DNA of 64,000 nucleotides, taken from contig AL929603.2 in the NCBI GenBank assembly GCA_000002445.1, positions 416,001 to 480,000 of the forward strand. The letters run 5' to 3'. This document shows positions 51,771-63,260 of this stretch, piece by piece (position 1 is the first letter of the stretch; every line of letters starts with the position of its first letter). Source of the DNA: Trypanosoma brucei. Taxonomy: Eukaryota. The notes under the pieces were generated by a model. That model was not told where the DNA came from, made no database searches, and worked only from the letters and a program-made list of their open reading frames with translations. The position numbers were made by a program, and so were the translations under genes.

Positions 51771-51858
<88 letters not shown>
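51771..51858. repeat. (TTA)29 perfect trinucleotide microsatellite
   Basis: 88 bp of uninterrupted ttattatta. It generates spurious poly-Tyr/Ile/Leu ORFs in the track. Confidence 0.95.
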
Positions 51859-52195
51859 GGTGCACCTGTGTGTTATTTGTCATGTGCATTTATTATCTTC
51901 GATCCGTCCACTATTATTTCCTTTCTCGTTTTGCGTTATTTGTACACTAAAAGTTGCTATTGCTCTAGCAATTGTGTATTAATTAATTTATTTATTTATT
52001 CGGCTACTGATATCATCATTGCATTCTTACTTCATCCCCCTAATTCTGCTTGTCAGGTGTGCATCCAAACGTTTACTTAGAGACAAGCGAGTCAAATACT
52101 GGCATTTATATTTATATATTTATATATTTATATATATTCTGATTTGACTGACAGAGCCCTTGAAATTACACGGACTACCTCCTACGGCCAACTCG

Positions 52196-52879
52196 ATGGG
52201 AATTTATTCCGACACTGATGATGACTCTCCCATCGGGATTGAGGTGGTAGGCGAGGCGAGTTCTGATTCGGAAGAACCAAACCCCCATTCAACCACAAAG
52301 CGAAAAGTTTCCGGGGCTGTAGACCATAATAATGGTTATAATCAAAAAAAAAACAAGCGGAGGCGGTTAAAAAATAAATGGGAGGAAAACCCTCAGCTGC
52401 ACGAAACGCCGGATGAGGAGCAAATTAGCAACGTTAAAAAGCGTGTTTATGTGTTGGACACATGTTCTATTGTTGAGCACATTGAGTGGTCAATTTTGGA
52501 GGAAGTTGCCAAGTATTACTTGATTATCATACCAAAGAAAGTGATGGACGAATTAGGAAAAATGGAAGGGGGAAGGGGAAGTACATGCAACAGGGTGTTG
52601 AACAAACTGGAGAATGAGCACACGAGTAACAAAATGAATGTTGGCTTCCGTTTGCAGCGCAAAAATGATAAGGACAAAAATGTTTTGTCTGCAGCTCGTG
52701 TGAATGACGATCACATTCTTTCGTGTGCATGTTCCTTCCGTAACGAACATGATGTCGTATTAGTTACGAGTGATAATATATTGAAACTGAAGGCATATGC
52801 AGAGGGCATACCGACAGTATCGACGCTCAAAGACGTCACCCGACTGACTAATGGTTTAAGAGGTGGGAAATTTGAATGA
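52196..52879 (+). CDS. PIN-domain (SMG6/Swt1-type ribonuclease fold) protein, paralogue 1
   Basis: Shows KRVYVLDTCSIVEH...IIIPKKVMDEL...ND.HILSCA...HDVVLVTSDNILKLKA. The acidic residues sit at the canonical PIN positions (D in VLDT, E in DEL, D in TSD). The ORF track starts at a TTG (52160), and the first ATG is at 52196. Confidence 0.65.
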   Translation: MGIYSDTDDDSPIGIEVVGEASSDSEEPNPHSTTKRKVSGAVDHNNGYNQKKNKRRRLKNKWEENPQLHETPDEEQISNVKKRVYVLDTCSIVEHIEWSILEEVAKYYLIIIPKKVMDELGKMEGGRGSTCNRVLNKLENEHTSNKMNVGFRLQRKNDKDKNVLSAARVNDDHILSCACSFRNEHDVVLVTSDNILKLKAYAEGIPTVSTLKDVTRLTNGLRGGKFE

Positions 52880-53691
52880 GAATGTTCCCAGTTATCCCTT
52901 TATTCGTTTGCATTAAACCCTTTCGCGCTTGTTTGACTGTTTGGCTACGGTTTTTTTAGGAGGGAAGAGGGGCTCGCCTAAAGGAAAAAAGATATGAAAA
53001 GAAAAAAAAAGGAAAGAAAGAGAGAAGAAAGAGTAGGGGCGGAAGCGAGGAGGAGTTTACCCGCAACCTCCACGAGTGCGCATGCACATGAGGGAAAAGA
53101 GAAATGTGCGTGTGAAGCTCACGTCACCGCTTGTTTTTTTTTCTTTTCTCAGTCACAACTTCCTCCGTTGTATGCTTGTACACGCATACATTTATTTGCT
53201 CATTTATTGAATTACTTCATGCTTTCGACACTTCAACCTCCCACCTCCTCCCACTTATCACGGAATGCAAAAAAAAAAAAAGAAAGAAACGCCTTTGTTG
53301 TGATGGTGAGTGGCGTACCTCAACATCTTCCCTTCCCTTCTCTTCTCTTCTCGTGCTGTGTCGTGTCGTGTCTCGCTGTTTCTCTTCTTATTGTTGTGAT
53401 TGGCATTTATATGTATGTATATTTATAAATATATATATATATATGTTTGTGTGTGTCTCTGTGATATCATCATCTCTTCACCGCAGTCGCCGTTATTTCT
53501 TCGTTTTGCTTTCTGCTATCACCGCGCAAATTCAGATGCGTGGTAATTACAGTTTTTAGTGACATAACCTCGTTGGCTTTAAAAAGAACAGATAAACCAA
53601 GTGAAAAACGAAAGGCAACGTCACTAAAAAGGAAAGCTTAATTACATCCCGGGTGCTAATTAGGTTTTTTCCTATGCATTTACATGGGTAT

Positions 53692-53727
53692 GTGAGTGAG
53701 TGAGTGAGTGAGTGAGTGAGTGAGTGA
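53692..53727. repeat. (GTGA)9 tetranucleotide microsatellite
   Basis: tgtgagtgagtgagtgagtgagtgagtgagtgagtg. Confidence 0.9.
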
Positions 53728-54271
53728 CAGGGAATAAAAGATTGTTGAACTCAACTGAAAAACACACATCGAAATATTCTCCAACTCTCTTTACAGTTCT
53801 CTTACTGCTCCCCGCTCGTGTGGAAATATATAATGTCTCACATAAAGGCAGAGAAATTTTTAACAAACAAATTAATTTGTTTAGTTTTCTGCTTTTATGA
53901 TTTGAAAACGAAAAAAAGATCTTTATGGAAACTACACGGCCAAGTAGTCGGTTGTTCTTCTCTTTGCCTTTTGTGTATTTGCTCACACGGTTTTTGCATC
54001 TGAACATTCTGATCTCACATCACCGAATAATTGTTACACAATTTTTTTCTCTCCCCTTCCGCCTCTCTTTCTTGCGACTGGTTCCTCGCTTCTTTTTTTT
54101 TGTTTGTTTGTTCGCTTAGTTAGCGCCCACAAGTGAAGGAGGGCGAGTTGTGGGCCTGTAAGTGGTACTTTAGATTGCACGTCGGTAGTTGCTTCTGATC
54201 TGCGTATTGCAACTTTCGTGTTGTAAAATAGATTGCGGTAGTACTAGCAGTGGGTTTTTGCCCTGTGCGCG

Positions 54272-55417
54272 ATGGATAATAGCACGGAACTTGGGCCTTT
54301 AAATTCACCTGGCAACATCTTTACTTCTCATGGTGAGGGTAACAGTATTGGCACTTCGTCTCCGCCACATCCGCATTCTACAGAGAGTACGGGTGATAAT
54401 AATGAGTTTATGAACCCACACAATATAGTTTCCAGTCATATGCCTTCACGTGAGGGGTCTGTTTTTGTGAATCGACATCCCCCTGAGAGGCCGGTGGAGA
54501 CTCTCGAAAAAGACGATCAAAACCGATCCTACCTGTACTCGCCGGCTCCAACTACCGACTGCAATGAATCTGTGAACTTTGTTTGCATGCAAGAGGCAGC
54601 AGCAGCAGGATTGCAAACTCCAATTGTACCGGCTGCGTCATCATCAATAAGTCAACACACCGCAGCAGAATCTAAAAGTGTCCACTCCACTGAAAATAAC
54701 AATGACTTCGTGAAAGTGTTCACGACTAGCAAAGGCAGTCATAAAGGGGGAAGATTGGAGGCGTTGCGGCGGATTTCCAATAAGCACAAAACATTCATTG
54801 GACTTACGACGATCACGCCACAGCAACGAAACACCAATGACTGCATTAACCGAAGTATTAATGCCAGTGCACCCAACGAACTTTCGCGTGCGGGCGATAA
54901 CGGTGCTGTTACCAATCCTGGGGGCACAAAACTGGTGCACAGTGTTCCTGTAAAACAGTTGCAACCCCAAGTATCTCATATTGTGCTCGATACATGCAGT
55001 TTGCTGCGGGTTGGGCCACTCCAGTTGGCATGTCTCATGAGGAGGGCCGTTGTGTGCCTGCCACATGGAGTTTTACATGAAATGGACTCGTGGAACCATG
55101 TAGCCAAAAAATATGAAGATGAAATCAGCAGGAAGCGGGCGTTTGTTGCTCGTCGCATACGTACTTGGGTGCACTACGCTACCAAATATAAGGCAAGCAT
55201 ACGTCTTCAGGCGATGAATGAGGTGAACACTGCGTTTGACAAACATGTGCAGAGGAATGATATGGCAATTCTTGGTTTTGCGGTGTTCCTGGAACGTAAT
55301 GAAAAGACTTTGGTGGAATTTGTGACAGATGATACATACCTTTCCCTGACAGCGGCCCAAGAGTTAAAAGGTGTAGTCCGAACAACAAAAGGTTTATTGG
55401 ATTATTACGGGTGCTAA
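54272..55417 (+). CDS. PIN-domain protein, paralogue 2 (381 aa), with an N-terminal Ser/Thr/Pro-rich extension
   Basis: The C-terminal half VSHIVLDTCSLLRVGPL...CLPHGVLHEMD...NDMAILGFA...LVEFVTDDTYLSL aligns motif-for-motif with the upstream paralogue. Confidence 0.65.
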   Translation: MDNSTELGPLNSPGNIFTSHGEGNSIGTSSPPHPHSTESTGDNNEFMNPHNIVSSHMPSREGSVFVNRHPPERPVETLEKDDQNRSYLYSPAPTTDCNESVNFVCMQEAAAAGLQTPIVPAASSSISQHTAAESKSVHSTENNNDFVKVFTTSKGSHKGGRLEALRRISNKHKTFIGLTTITPQQRNTNDCINRSINASAPNELSRAGDNGAVTNPGGTKLVHSVPVKQLQPQVSHIVLDTCSLLRVGPLQLACLMRRAVVCLPHGVLHEMDSWNHVAKKYEDEISRKRAFVARRIRTWVHYATKYKASIRLQAMNEVNTAFDKHVQRNDMAILGFAVFLERNEKTLVEFVTDDTYLSLTAAQELKGVVRTTKGLLDYYGC

Positions 55418-56759
55418 ATGAACTCTGAGCAGTGCGTGGAAACCACGGAGGGGAGGGGGAAAAAAAAAATGAGAAGAAACAATTGTTTGGATAAAGTCTG
55501 AAGGTAATGGCGGCGCAGAGATTTTTAAATGGAAGTTGAAGTACCCTATTCAGATTCTTTTTTTTCCCCCTGTTCATTTGGATGTATCAGATGCTGCGAA
55601 CGGTGGTATCAATAGGTTTAGATGATACCGAAAAGGAATGAAATTGTAAAGAAGGAGTGTTTATTGAGTGAACGATTTATTTGGAACCGTATTCGTCCAT
55701 TCACAGATAATAGTTGGTTCCGTAAAGATAAAAAGAAAAAAAAAGAAAGTACAAGAAAAACGGCTCGAAACTTTCAGTCTTCGTTTTCAGCACAAAAACG
55801 AAAAAAAGAGAAGAGAGGTGGCACGGAGAGACTCATGAAATAGCACTGGCGCACAAATTAATGTGAATAATTTTTTTTTAATTTCTTCGCCTCTGCCCTC
55901 AACGTGCCAAATCATTTGTGACGTGTTCCTTCGAGACTTGATATATCGAGTTTGTGCATTTCTTCACTTCGCAAAAAATAATTAAAGTTAGTGTGAGGTG
56001 GAAAGAAGAGGAAAAGGGAGGGAAACAGAGAACTGGTGAGAAATCTTTATTGCATTGTTTCCGCTTTTGTCGCTAGTCTCGGTTCCGATGCGGAACTAAT
56101 TTTTGCTTTAAAGGTTGCACCAAGAGTTTTGGTTATGTGCTCGTATTTTTGTGTGAGCGACGAGTTTTTTTTTTTTTCTTACCTTTTATCTTTTTGTTCG
56201 TTTCAGCCTTACGCCTTTTTTTTTTAAAAAAATCTCTCTCTTTTACTAATGTTAGCAACGTCGGTCAGGGTGATGTCGCCGTTGTTCTTTTTTTTTTTTA
56301 CTTTCTTTTTCTTACCTACTCTATGGCGCCAAGATTCGTGTCGAATTTATACTTTTTGAAAGAAAGAAAAAAACAAAAAGAATGTTTGTGAGGTGGTGTT
56401 ATTCGAATACGAGCAGAATTATGGAGTCGTTAAGTTGATTTTGATTATGGTAATTATATAAAAGACGGTAGAAACATTTTATTATTATTATTACTATTGC
56501 TTCGTTTTGTACGCCGATATTTCCACTTCAGTTATTATGTTTGCCACTTCAAACAAGTTGGTTGATAAATGTTCGCAGTAGAGAAAAATCCACCAGTGTT
56601 GAGAGGGGGTGAAGATTCTTTCTTTATGTTTTGTGGAAAGGAGACGAAGAACTACACAAAGTGAAGCTTACTGTGATGGATGAATCCTGTAGGATGATAA
56701 CAATGATGCATAGTGATAGTAACTGCTTGTGATTGATCGTTCAGGTATCATATTTATTG

Positions 56760-56764
<5 letters not shown>

Positions 56765-56810
<46 letters not shown>

Positions 56811-56925
56811 GTATCTGTGTCTATCTGTCTATATATTATTATAATATAATATTATACAATATAATATTAATATAGTATAGTATATTATATTATATTGTAT
56901 TATATTATATTAAATTGCATTCGGC
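56765..56925. repeat. (TA)22 followed by AT-only low-complexity sequence (tattataatataatattatacaatataat...)
   Basis: A direct read of the sequence shows about 160 bp with essentially no G or C. Confidence 0.85.
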
Positions 56926-58174
56926 TCTTCTCTAATTTGTGTGATTCGAATGTTGCGGGCAGGTGTGCCACATGTTCTTTCTGCCCGTAGCCTCCTTGAT
57001 CTTTCTTGCACTGCTTCCCCTCTATTATTATTATTGTTATTATTGCCGCTGTTACTCACCTTGTTCATATATTTCTTTTCGTTTCGTTCTCTTCACTTCT
57101 CTTCCTCTTCTGTCTGTCTCTTCTACTTTTCTTTAATTTCTCCTTCCTTTTTCACGTATTCATTACAAATTCTTCGAAGTGTCTTTTTCTCTTGTATCAT
57201 CTTGTATTTTGTTCGTTTTGTTATTAATTAGTTTCCCTAATTGAGTGCGGTCGCTACCTATTTTCCCCACCACTACGGACGTGGGAATAAATACAACCAC
57301 AGACCACGCACATTTATATATTTGTTTGCGTGTTTATATATATTTTTTGTAGATACTCAAAAATTCAAAAAGGAAAGCAATATTAATATTAATACACACA
57401 AAAAATACAAAGAAAGGGAAAAGAGGGAAAGCTCAAAAGCAAAAGGAATAGAAGCTTTGCTTCAAATTCTTTATTGGTCGAAACCTCCTGTCGTAATTTA
57501 CAAGGACAGGGAAGTACGTTTCTCCCAAGAGCAGAAATTTCCTTACAGAAAAATAAATAAGAAACGGCTACAGAAGTTCTTGAGCATCTCATATATTTAT
57601 TAACTTATTTTCATCTATCTTTATATTTGTATCTATAGTGTCGGAAACCAAAATAAATAAATAAATCAAGGCGAAGAACAAACAGAGGCAAAAGAAGGAA
57701 GTAAGAGGATAAGCAGCAGACAAAGTTAGTCAAGTGGTTCATTATAGCGAAAAATAAAACAGTGTCTACCATAGTTCAAGCGCAATATTATATTTGCATA
57801 TACACGCATTGGTAAGTTGTACTTTTTTCCCCCTCGTTTTTATTATTATTATTATTTTTTTACTTCCAGGCCACTCTTCCTTTCATACCTTACTCCGGCC
57901 ATTCATAACCTCTGTTTTGGTTGGCGTCCGCTGCCGTCGGTTGGAGGCGTATCTCTGAGTGCTTTGGCGTCTGTTGGTGCGATAAAATATCGGCGTTGGG
58001 TACGTGGATTCCGGAGCAGAAAAAAAAAACAAAACCAACATAAAAAGAAAGCATAAAGGGAACTGGATTGAGAAGGCGTTACATAACTATTATTTAGCAG
58101 CCACACACTCCCAACATTCCCGTCATTTTTTGTGTATTGTTCAGACAATCCATACGAGTTGATTAAGTGGAATC

Positions 58175-59821
58175 ATGCGGCCCGCTCCCACGGATGCTAA
58201 CATGTATAACAACGTGAAGAAGAATGATGCGGATAACGGGCTGAGTTCATCAAACCACTATAACAGTGTTAATTCCGTGAAAACTAGAGAAGGTACGCAT
58301 AAGGTTTTAAGACTTGGGGTCGGCACGTACAGCAACGACTTAAGTAAGCGGACTGGTGCGGTTACGGCGACAAATGCGCTCAACTCGCAAGGAAATTCCG
58401 TTAGGACCGATCCCGCAGGGACAAGAGGTCATCTCACAAACTCAGCAAGGCAACACAAAAATGCGGAGAGTCCAGTAACGGGAACATGCAGCACGGGGCA
58501 GTTGAAAACCAACTGCTCAGTGGGAACTGAGGGGAAGGCGGGTGGTACAACACAACCCCTAAAGTTGTTGCGACCGCCAATGACAACTGTAGAGCCAATG
58601 GAAAACCTCACGGGGTTAATTTCGCCTTTAGAGGGTTCGGCAACTGCCAGTGACTCGAGCGGCAACTGCCGGCGGAAGACGGTACGAAACCTCCCACTGA
58701 TTGATGTCACACCACAACCACCAGCGCCGCTTCCCAAAGGTCAGGACACCGGTGGAAGCAAAAGAAGTGGATATATCACATGTCAGCGTGTAAAACCTTC
58801 CATATCACTGAAATCCCTCTCGCCAAACGTGTCACCGCCCTCCACCAGAGTGCTTCCAGATGTTCACAGCCCGCAATCGGTAGCGTTGCGCCTGCCACTA
58901 CGCCATCAGCACGCAAAACCAACCGCCGTTACCAATTCCACGCAATTGGAGCCCATGTGGAAGGAGCGAGGAAAAAATGATGAGCATCACAATAAAGCCA
59001 ATGAGGAACTGAAAAACATTGCGGACAAGAAGGTGGCGGAGACTCACAACGAAGGGAAGTTTACGAATATTATAGGTTGGGTTTCGGTTAGTGAAAGAGT
59101 GGAAGCAGCAGCAAATAAGACACATGACACAGGCAATGAGTCAAGTGGAGTGATACAAACTGGTCAACGTGAGGATCCCTCGCTAGTTCTTGCCGAAAGC
59201 TGTGCGCATATGTGGGAAAGTTTAATGAGGGGTGCTGCAGCGGGCGGTTCTTCTCTCTCCAGTTTAGCCGAAAACGCCAATTGTCAACACAAAGGGGATA
59301 GCTCTGCAAAAGATGTGGAAAAGAAGTCACTTGAAGCGAGTTCGACAGAAGTAAAGAAGGATGATATCGTGCGGCGAGTGGTTGATTTAACCACGTGGGC
59401 GGCCACACCACTTTTATCGGTAAATGACGACCTTCACACATTGTTGAGACATTCTGCAGCAACACATCATCAGTGGTGCGGAGAGCGGGATGCCGCCACG
59501 AAAGATAATCCAATTACGTTAGAGCGAGGAGGAGAATTGAAGACGTTGAATCACCGCGTCCACAACGTTATCGCCCAAATTCTTCACCCGAAGCGTCCAC
59601 TACAGCCAAGTTACCCGAGCAGAATGCCTTTAGTAATGGAAAAAGTTCACGGCAAACGTCGTGCGGTTTCGCCGCTTCGTTTCTATGGACCGAAGGGAAA
59701 AGTGATTGGTCCACGATGGTTTGAGTCCGCATTGGATGATGCGAAGCGTGTGGCAAGTCCCAATATTGGGCTCCTTGAGGCTGGAGAAGCGGAAAAGGCA
59801 ATGAGTTGCAAACGCTCTTAG
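58175..59821 (+). CDS. hypothetical Ser/Thr/Asn-rich protein (548 aa)
   Basis: A long ATG-initiated ORF in the same direction as neighbouring genes. No domain was recognised. Confidence 0.5.
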   Translation: MRPAPTDANMYNNVKKNDADNGLSSSNHYNSVNSVKTREGTHKVLRLGVGTYSNDLSKRTGAVTATNALNSQGNSVRTDPAGTRGHLTNSARQHKNAESPVTGTCSTGQLKTNCSVGTEGKAGGTTQPLKLLRPPMTTVEPMENLTGLISPLEGSATASDSSGNCRRKTVRNLPLIDVTPQPPAPLPKGQDTGGSKRSGYITCQRVKPSISLKSLSPNVSPPSTRVLPDVHSPQSVALRLPLRHQHAKPTAVTNSTQLEPMWKERGKNDEHHNKANEELKNIADKKVAETHNEGKFTNIIGWVSVSERVEAAANKTHDTGNESSGVIQTGQREDPSLVLAESCAHMWESLMRGAAAGGSSLSSLAENANCQHKGDSSAKDVEKKSLEASSTEVKKDDIVRRVVDLTTWAATPLLSVNDDLHTLLRHSAATHHQWCGERDAATKDNPITLERGGELKTLNHRVHNVIAQILHPKRPLQPSYPSRMPLVMEKVHGKRRAVSPLRFYGPKGKVIGPRWFESALDDAKRVASPNIGLLEAGEAEKAMSCKRS

Positions 59822-61106
59822 AAACGACAGGTGAAGGAACAGTATTAAAATAGAACGAACGAAAAAAAAAAACAAAAAAGGAACAGAGGGAAGATGTGTC
59901 TGGGGGGGAGAGGGGGAAAAAAAAAAAGAAAAAAAAACTGTGATGTCAACCGCTGGTATTCCCAGTTTTGCTCACAGGATGGTATCAAAAAAAATCACAC
60001 ACGTATGTGTGGCAGCAGAACCTCCATGACTTTCCTTTCCTTCCTATTCCATATCGTATATATATATATATATATTCTTCTTTCTTTTTGTCAGCCTTCC
60101 CGCCGGCATACAACTGGAGCAAGTTTACTTCCAGACCACTTATTATATAATCGACAGTAACATCCCTGTATCCGTTGGGCACGTGCGTGCCTGTTTTTCA
60201 TGGCGGGAACAGAGGGGGGAAACAAAGAAAATAGTGGTAATAATAATAATAACAATTATTATTATTACTATTACTTTTCTTTTTCATTAAGGAGAACCAG
60301 TGGGAGATGTGTACAATATTGGGGAAAGTTTGTGGTTTGTTGTGAGCGCTGTGGATGGCGGGAAAGTTTTGAAGTCCAACAAGCGGGAGGAAAGTAATGG
60401 GTTGTTGAATGTGACTTGCAGAGGAAAGAGGAAACTAAATAAAATAAAAGATATAAAATGAATTAAAGTGAAGTGATGCCATGTGATGTGATGTAAAAAT
60501 GAAGAAGAGTAGAAGTTAAACAGGAGAAAGGTAAAGAAAGTTTCTTTTTTTTTTCCATTGGTTTGGTTTGTTCGTTTTGGAGGGTTAAGTGCCAGCAAAA
60601 GGAAAAGTAAAAGAAAACAAAAGAGGGAGAACGGTGACTTTTAGGATAGGGGTGATGGGGAATTACATTCAGCAAAAAATTAAAAAAAACAGAAATAAAA
60701 AAAAAAGTAAAAGTAAAGGTGAATGTCTGACATTACTCCGACAGCAGGTTCCGCTTTCTGTTCCCACACTACACCGTCTTATAAAAAAGAAAAAATATTT
60801 TTATACTCAACACAATGCAGTCATCGGATTTTCCGTTATTCTTATTCTCGTTTTTTTGACTTTTTTTTTCTTTACCCTTTTTTATTTATCTATTTGACTT
60901 CTCTTCGTTCTCATGTGGCTTGTGTATTTAAATTTCGGCCTGACCAGGTCTAAAAAAAAGAAGAAAAAAGAAAGAGTAAAGGATTAATTTCTCATGTCTG
61001 TAAGTGTGTGTTTGTGTGCCTGAGCCGATGTCTTTTTAATTTTTATTTTTCGATTTGGCATTCGTCTTGAAACTATTGGCTACTGCACGTGACCAACGCG
61101 CAAAAC

Positions 61107-61141
61107 TCTCTCTCTCTCACACGCACACACACACACACACA
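61107..61141. repeat. (CT)6 then (CA)11 compound microsatellite
   Basis: ctctctctctcacacgcacacacacacacacacac. Confidence 0.9.
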
Positions 61142-63224
61142 AAAGAAAAAAAAGGTTCAATGGTAAAAAAAAAAAGAAAAAGAGAGAAAAAAATAGGAGA
61201 TGAGAAAAAATAACAATGAACAATAATAAACGTGCATTGCATCATTATTTTGTACGTCTCGCTTTTTTTTTTTGTTTTTGTGCGTTCGGTCATCCTCCTG
61301 TTGTTGTTATTCGAGAGGTCAAATGATAGGAGTTGGTGATGGTAACAACAATAATATAAATAGTAATAATAATAATAATAAAAATAATAGTAACGATAAT
61401 AATAAAATTGATGATGTTGAGAATTTGATTGCGCTGGTACTTGTAGCTTATTTATTGTTATAACCGGTTCTGATCTTCAACCAACCACCCGCTCGTGGGA
61501 GGAATCTCACACGTCAAATATTTAAATGTTAGTACAAGTATATTTAAAAATACAAAATATATTGAATGTATAATATATTCTTTCTCTCTTTTTTTTCTTT
61601 TTGTTATTTTGTTTTGTGGGAAAGGGTGTGATATTCTGCACAGGGATGAGGATCGTCTCCTCCTCTAGTGCTTTGTTTGTTTGTTTGTTCGTTATCTTCT
61701 GTTTTTAAACTTCCTTTTTCTTCAAAAAAAAAAAAAAGAAAACCCCTTCACGGTCCACTATTTCTTTCATATGTTGTTTTCTAAGACTCTTTCCTTACCT
61801 CTTGCTTCTTCACTGTCGTTCTTGCCGTTGTCATTACTCCGGTTTGTATTTTTTTTTATGTTTTTTTTTAAAAGAAAAAAGAGGAAAAAAAAAAAGAGAC
61901 GGCGAGACAAGTACGTGTGGAGATGTCGCGAGGTTAACTGACAGTGTTGCATTATTATCTCTCTTTTTGTTTTTGTTGTTGCTGTTGTTCATTTGTGTGT
62001 CTTTATGTGTGCCTTCGGTTTGCAAAGGGGAGGGGGGAATGATCGCTTTATTTTATTTTATTTCGAATAGATGAACATATATATATATATTTTTTTAAAA
62101 AAAGAGAGTAGGTTTTGTGTTGTCTGGGTGGTGGTTCTCCGTGTCGTTCTCTATCTTTCTTTCTCCCTCTCTTACCTTTCTGTATTCTGTCGACCTCTTG
62201 TTTGTTTTTGTTTTTATTTCTTTCCTACGGGTGAACGATTGTTTATTTTATTATTCAAATTTAACGGACTTTGAGTATGTCTTATGTGTTAATCTTTTTA
62301 GTTTCGTTTGTTGTTGCTGTTGTTGTTGTTTTGTCTTTTGCTTTACTTTATGTTGTTGTTATTGGTTGCTGCTATTTATTAACCTACGCAAACGCACAGG
62401 TGGTCTCGTTTTCTCTTCACAAGGGTTGGGCCAACTTATTTGATTTTTCTTTTCTGCATCATCGTCATTATTAGCACTGCAAATGCAAAAAAAAAAATCG
62501 AAAAGTAGGAAACGGAACAATATATTGATTATTTTATTTAATATTATGATAAAAAATAGGAGAAACCGTCAGACGCATTGGGTGGTAGCGGTGTGCGCAG
62601 CACTTTTTTTTTATTTTCAATTACCCTCCTCCCTTCCTCTCCCCTCCCTTCCCCTTCAATCTTTTTAATCTTTATTTTTAATAATAATAATTATTATTAT
62701 TATTTTACCCCTTTCGCCACATTGGCCCCTGCACACACACACACACACACATCCACCCTTTTAGTTCCCTCATACAAAAATAAATGTGTCTGACTTGTGT
62801 TTTTTTTTGTTGTATTCCACACTTTTTTGAAGAGGATGAAAGGAAGAAGAAGGAGGAGGGGTAATGCAAACCAGTGTGTTAACACAATTCACAGAATCGG
62901 AGACGAGTGTTTGTGCGTTGTAAAATATTCCAGTAAATAAATGAATAATGCTTAAATATGTATATATACCTGTTTATTTTATTTATATGTGGATCGTTGT
63001 GTGTCATGATCCGTGAAGCAGAGCGTAAAAAATTCGGTCGTGTGTGATTCCAGTTAAAGGGTGACCCTTGCAATGATCAAAAATAACAATAACACTAAAA
63101 AGGGTAATAATTAACAACGACAAGAGCAACAAGTGTGCATGCGGGTGGGGAGAAAGAGAAGAAGCAAAAGAAGGAAAAGAAAAGAAAAGAATGCGTTGAC
63201 ATGCATACACACACGCATATATTC

Positions 63225-63257
<33 letters not shown>

Positions 63258-63260
63258 TAA
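63225..63260. repeat. (TA)n microsatellite
   Basis: atatatatatatatatatatatatacatatata. Confidence 0.85.

Noticed and set aside
51560-52080. ORFs encoding poly-Tyr, poly-Ile, poly-Leu and poly-Asn runs
   Set aside because: They are artefacts of the (TTA)29 and (GT)12 microsatellites read in different frames and strands.
53672-54007. 111-aa minus-strand ORF ending in ...HSLTHSLTHSHTHVNA
   Set aside because: It is driven by the (GTGA)9 microsatellite read antisense, in an AT-rich intergenic region.
56400-57000. Possible tRNA near the ttcgaa motifs (56403, 56947)
   Set aside because: Flanking sequence cannot be folded into a cloverleaf with the conserved GTTCGAATC T-arm, and the context is AT-only low complexity.
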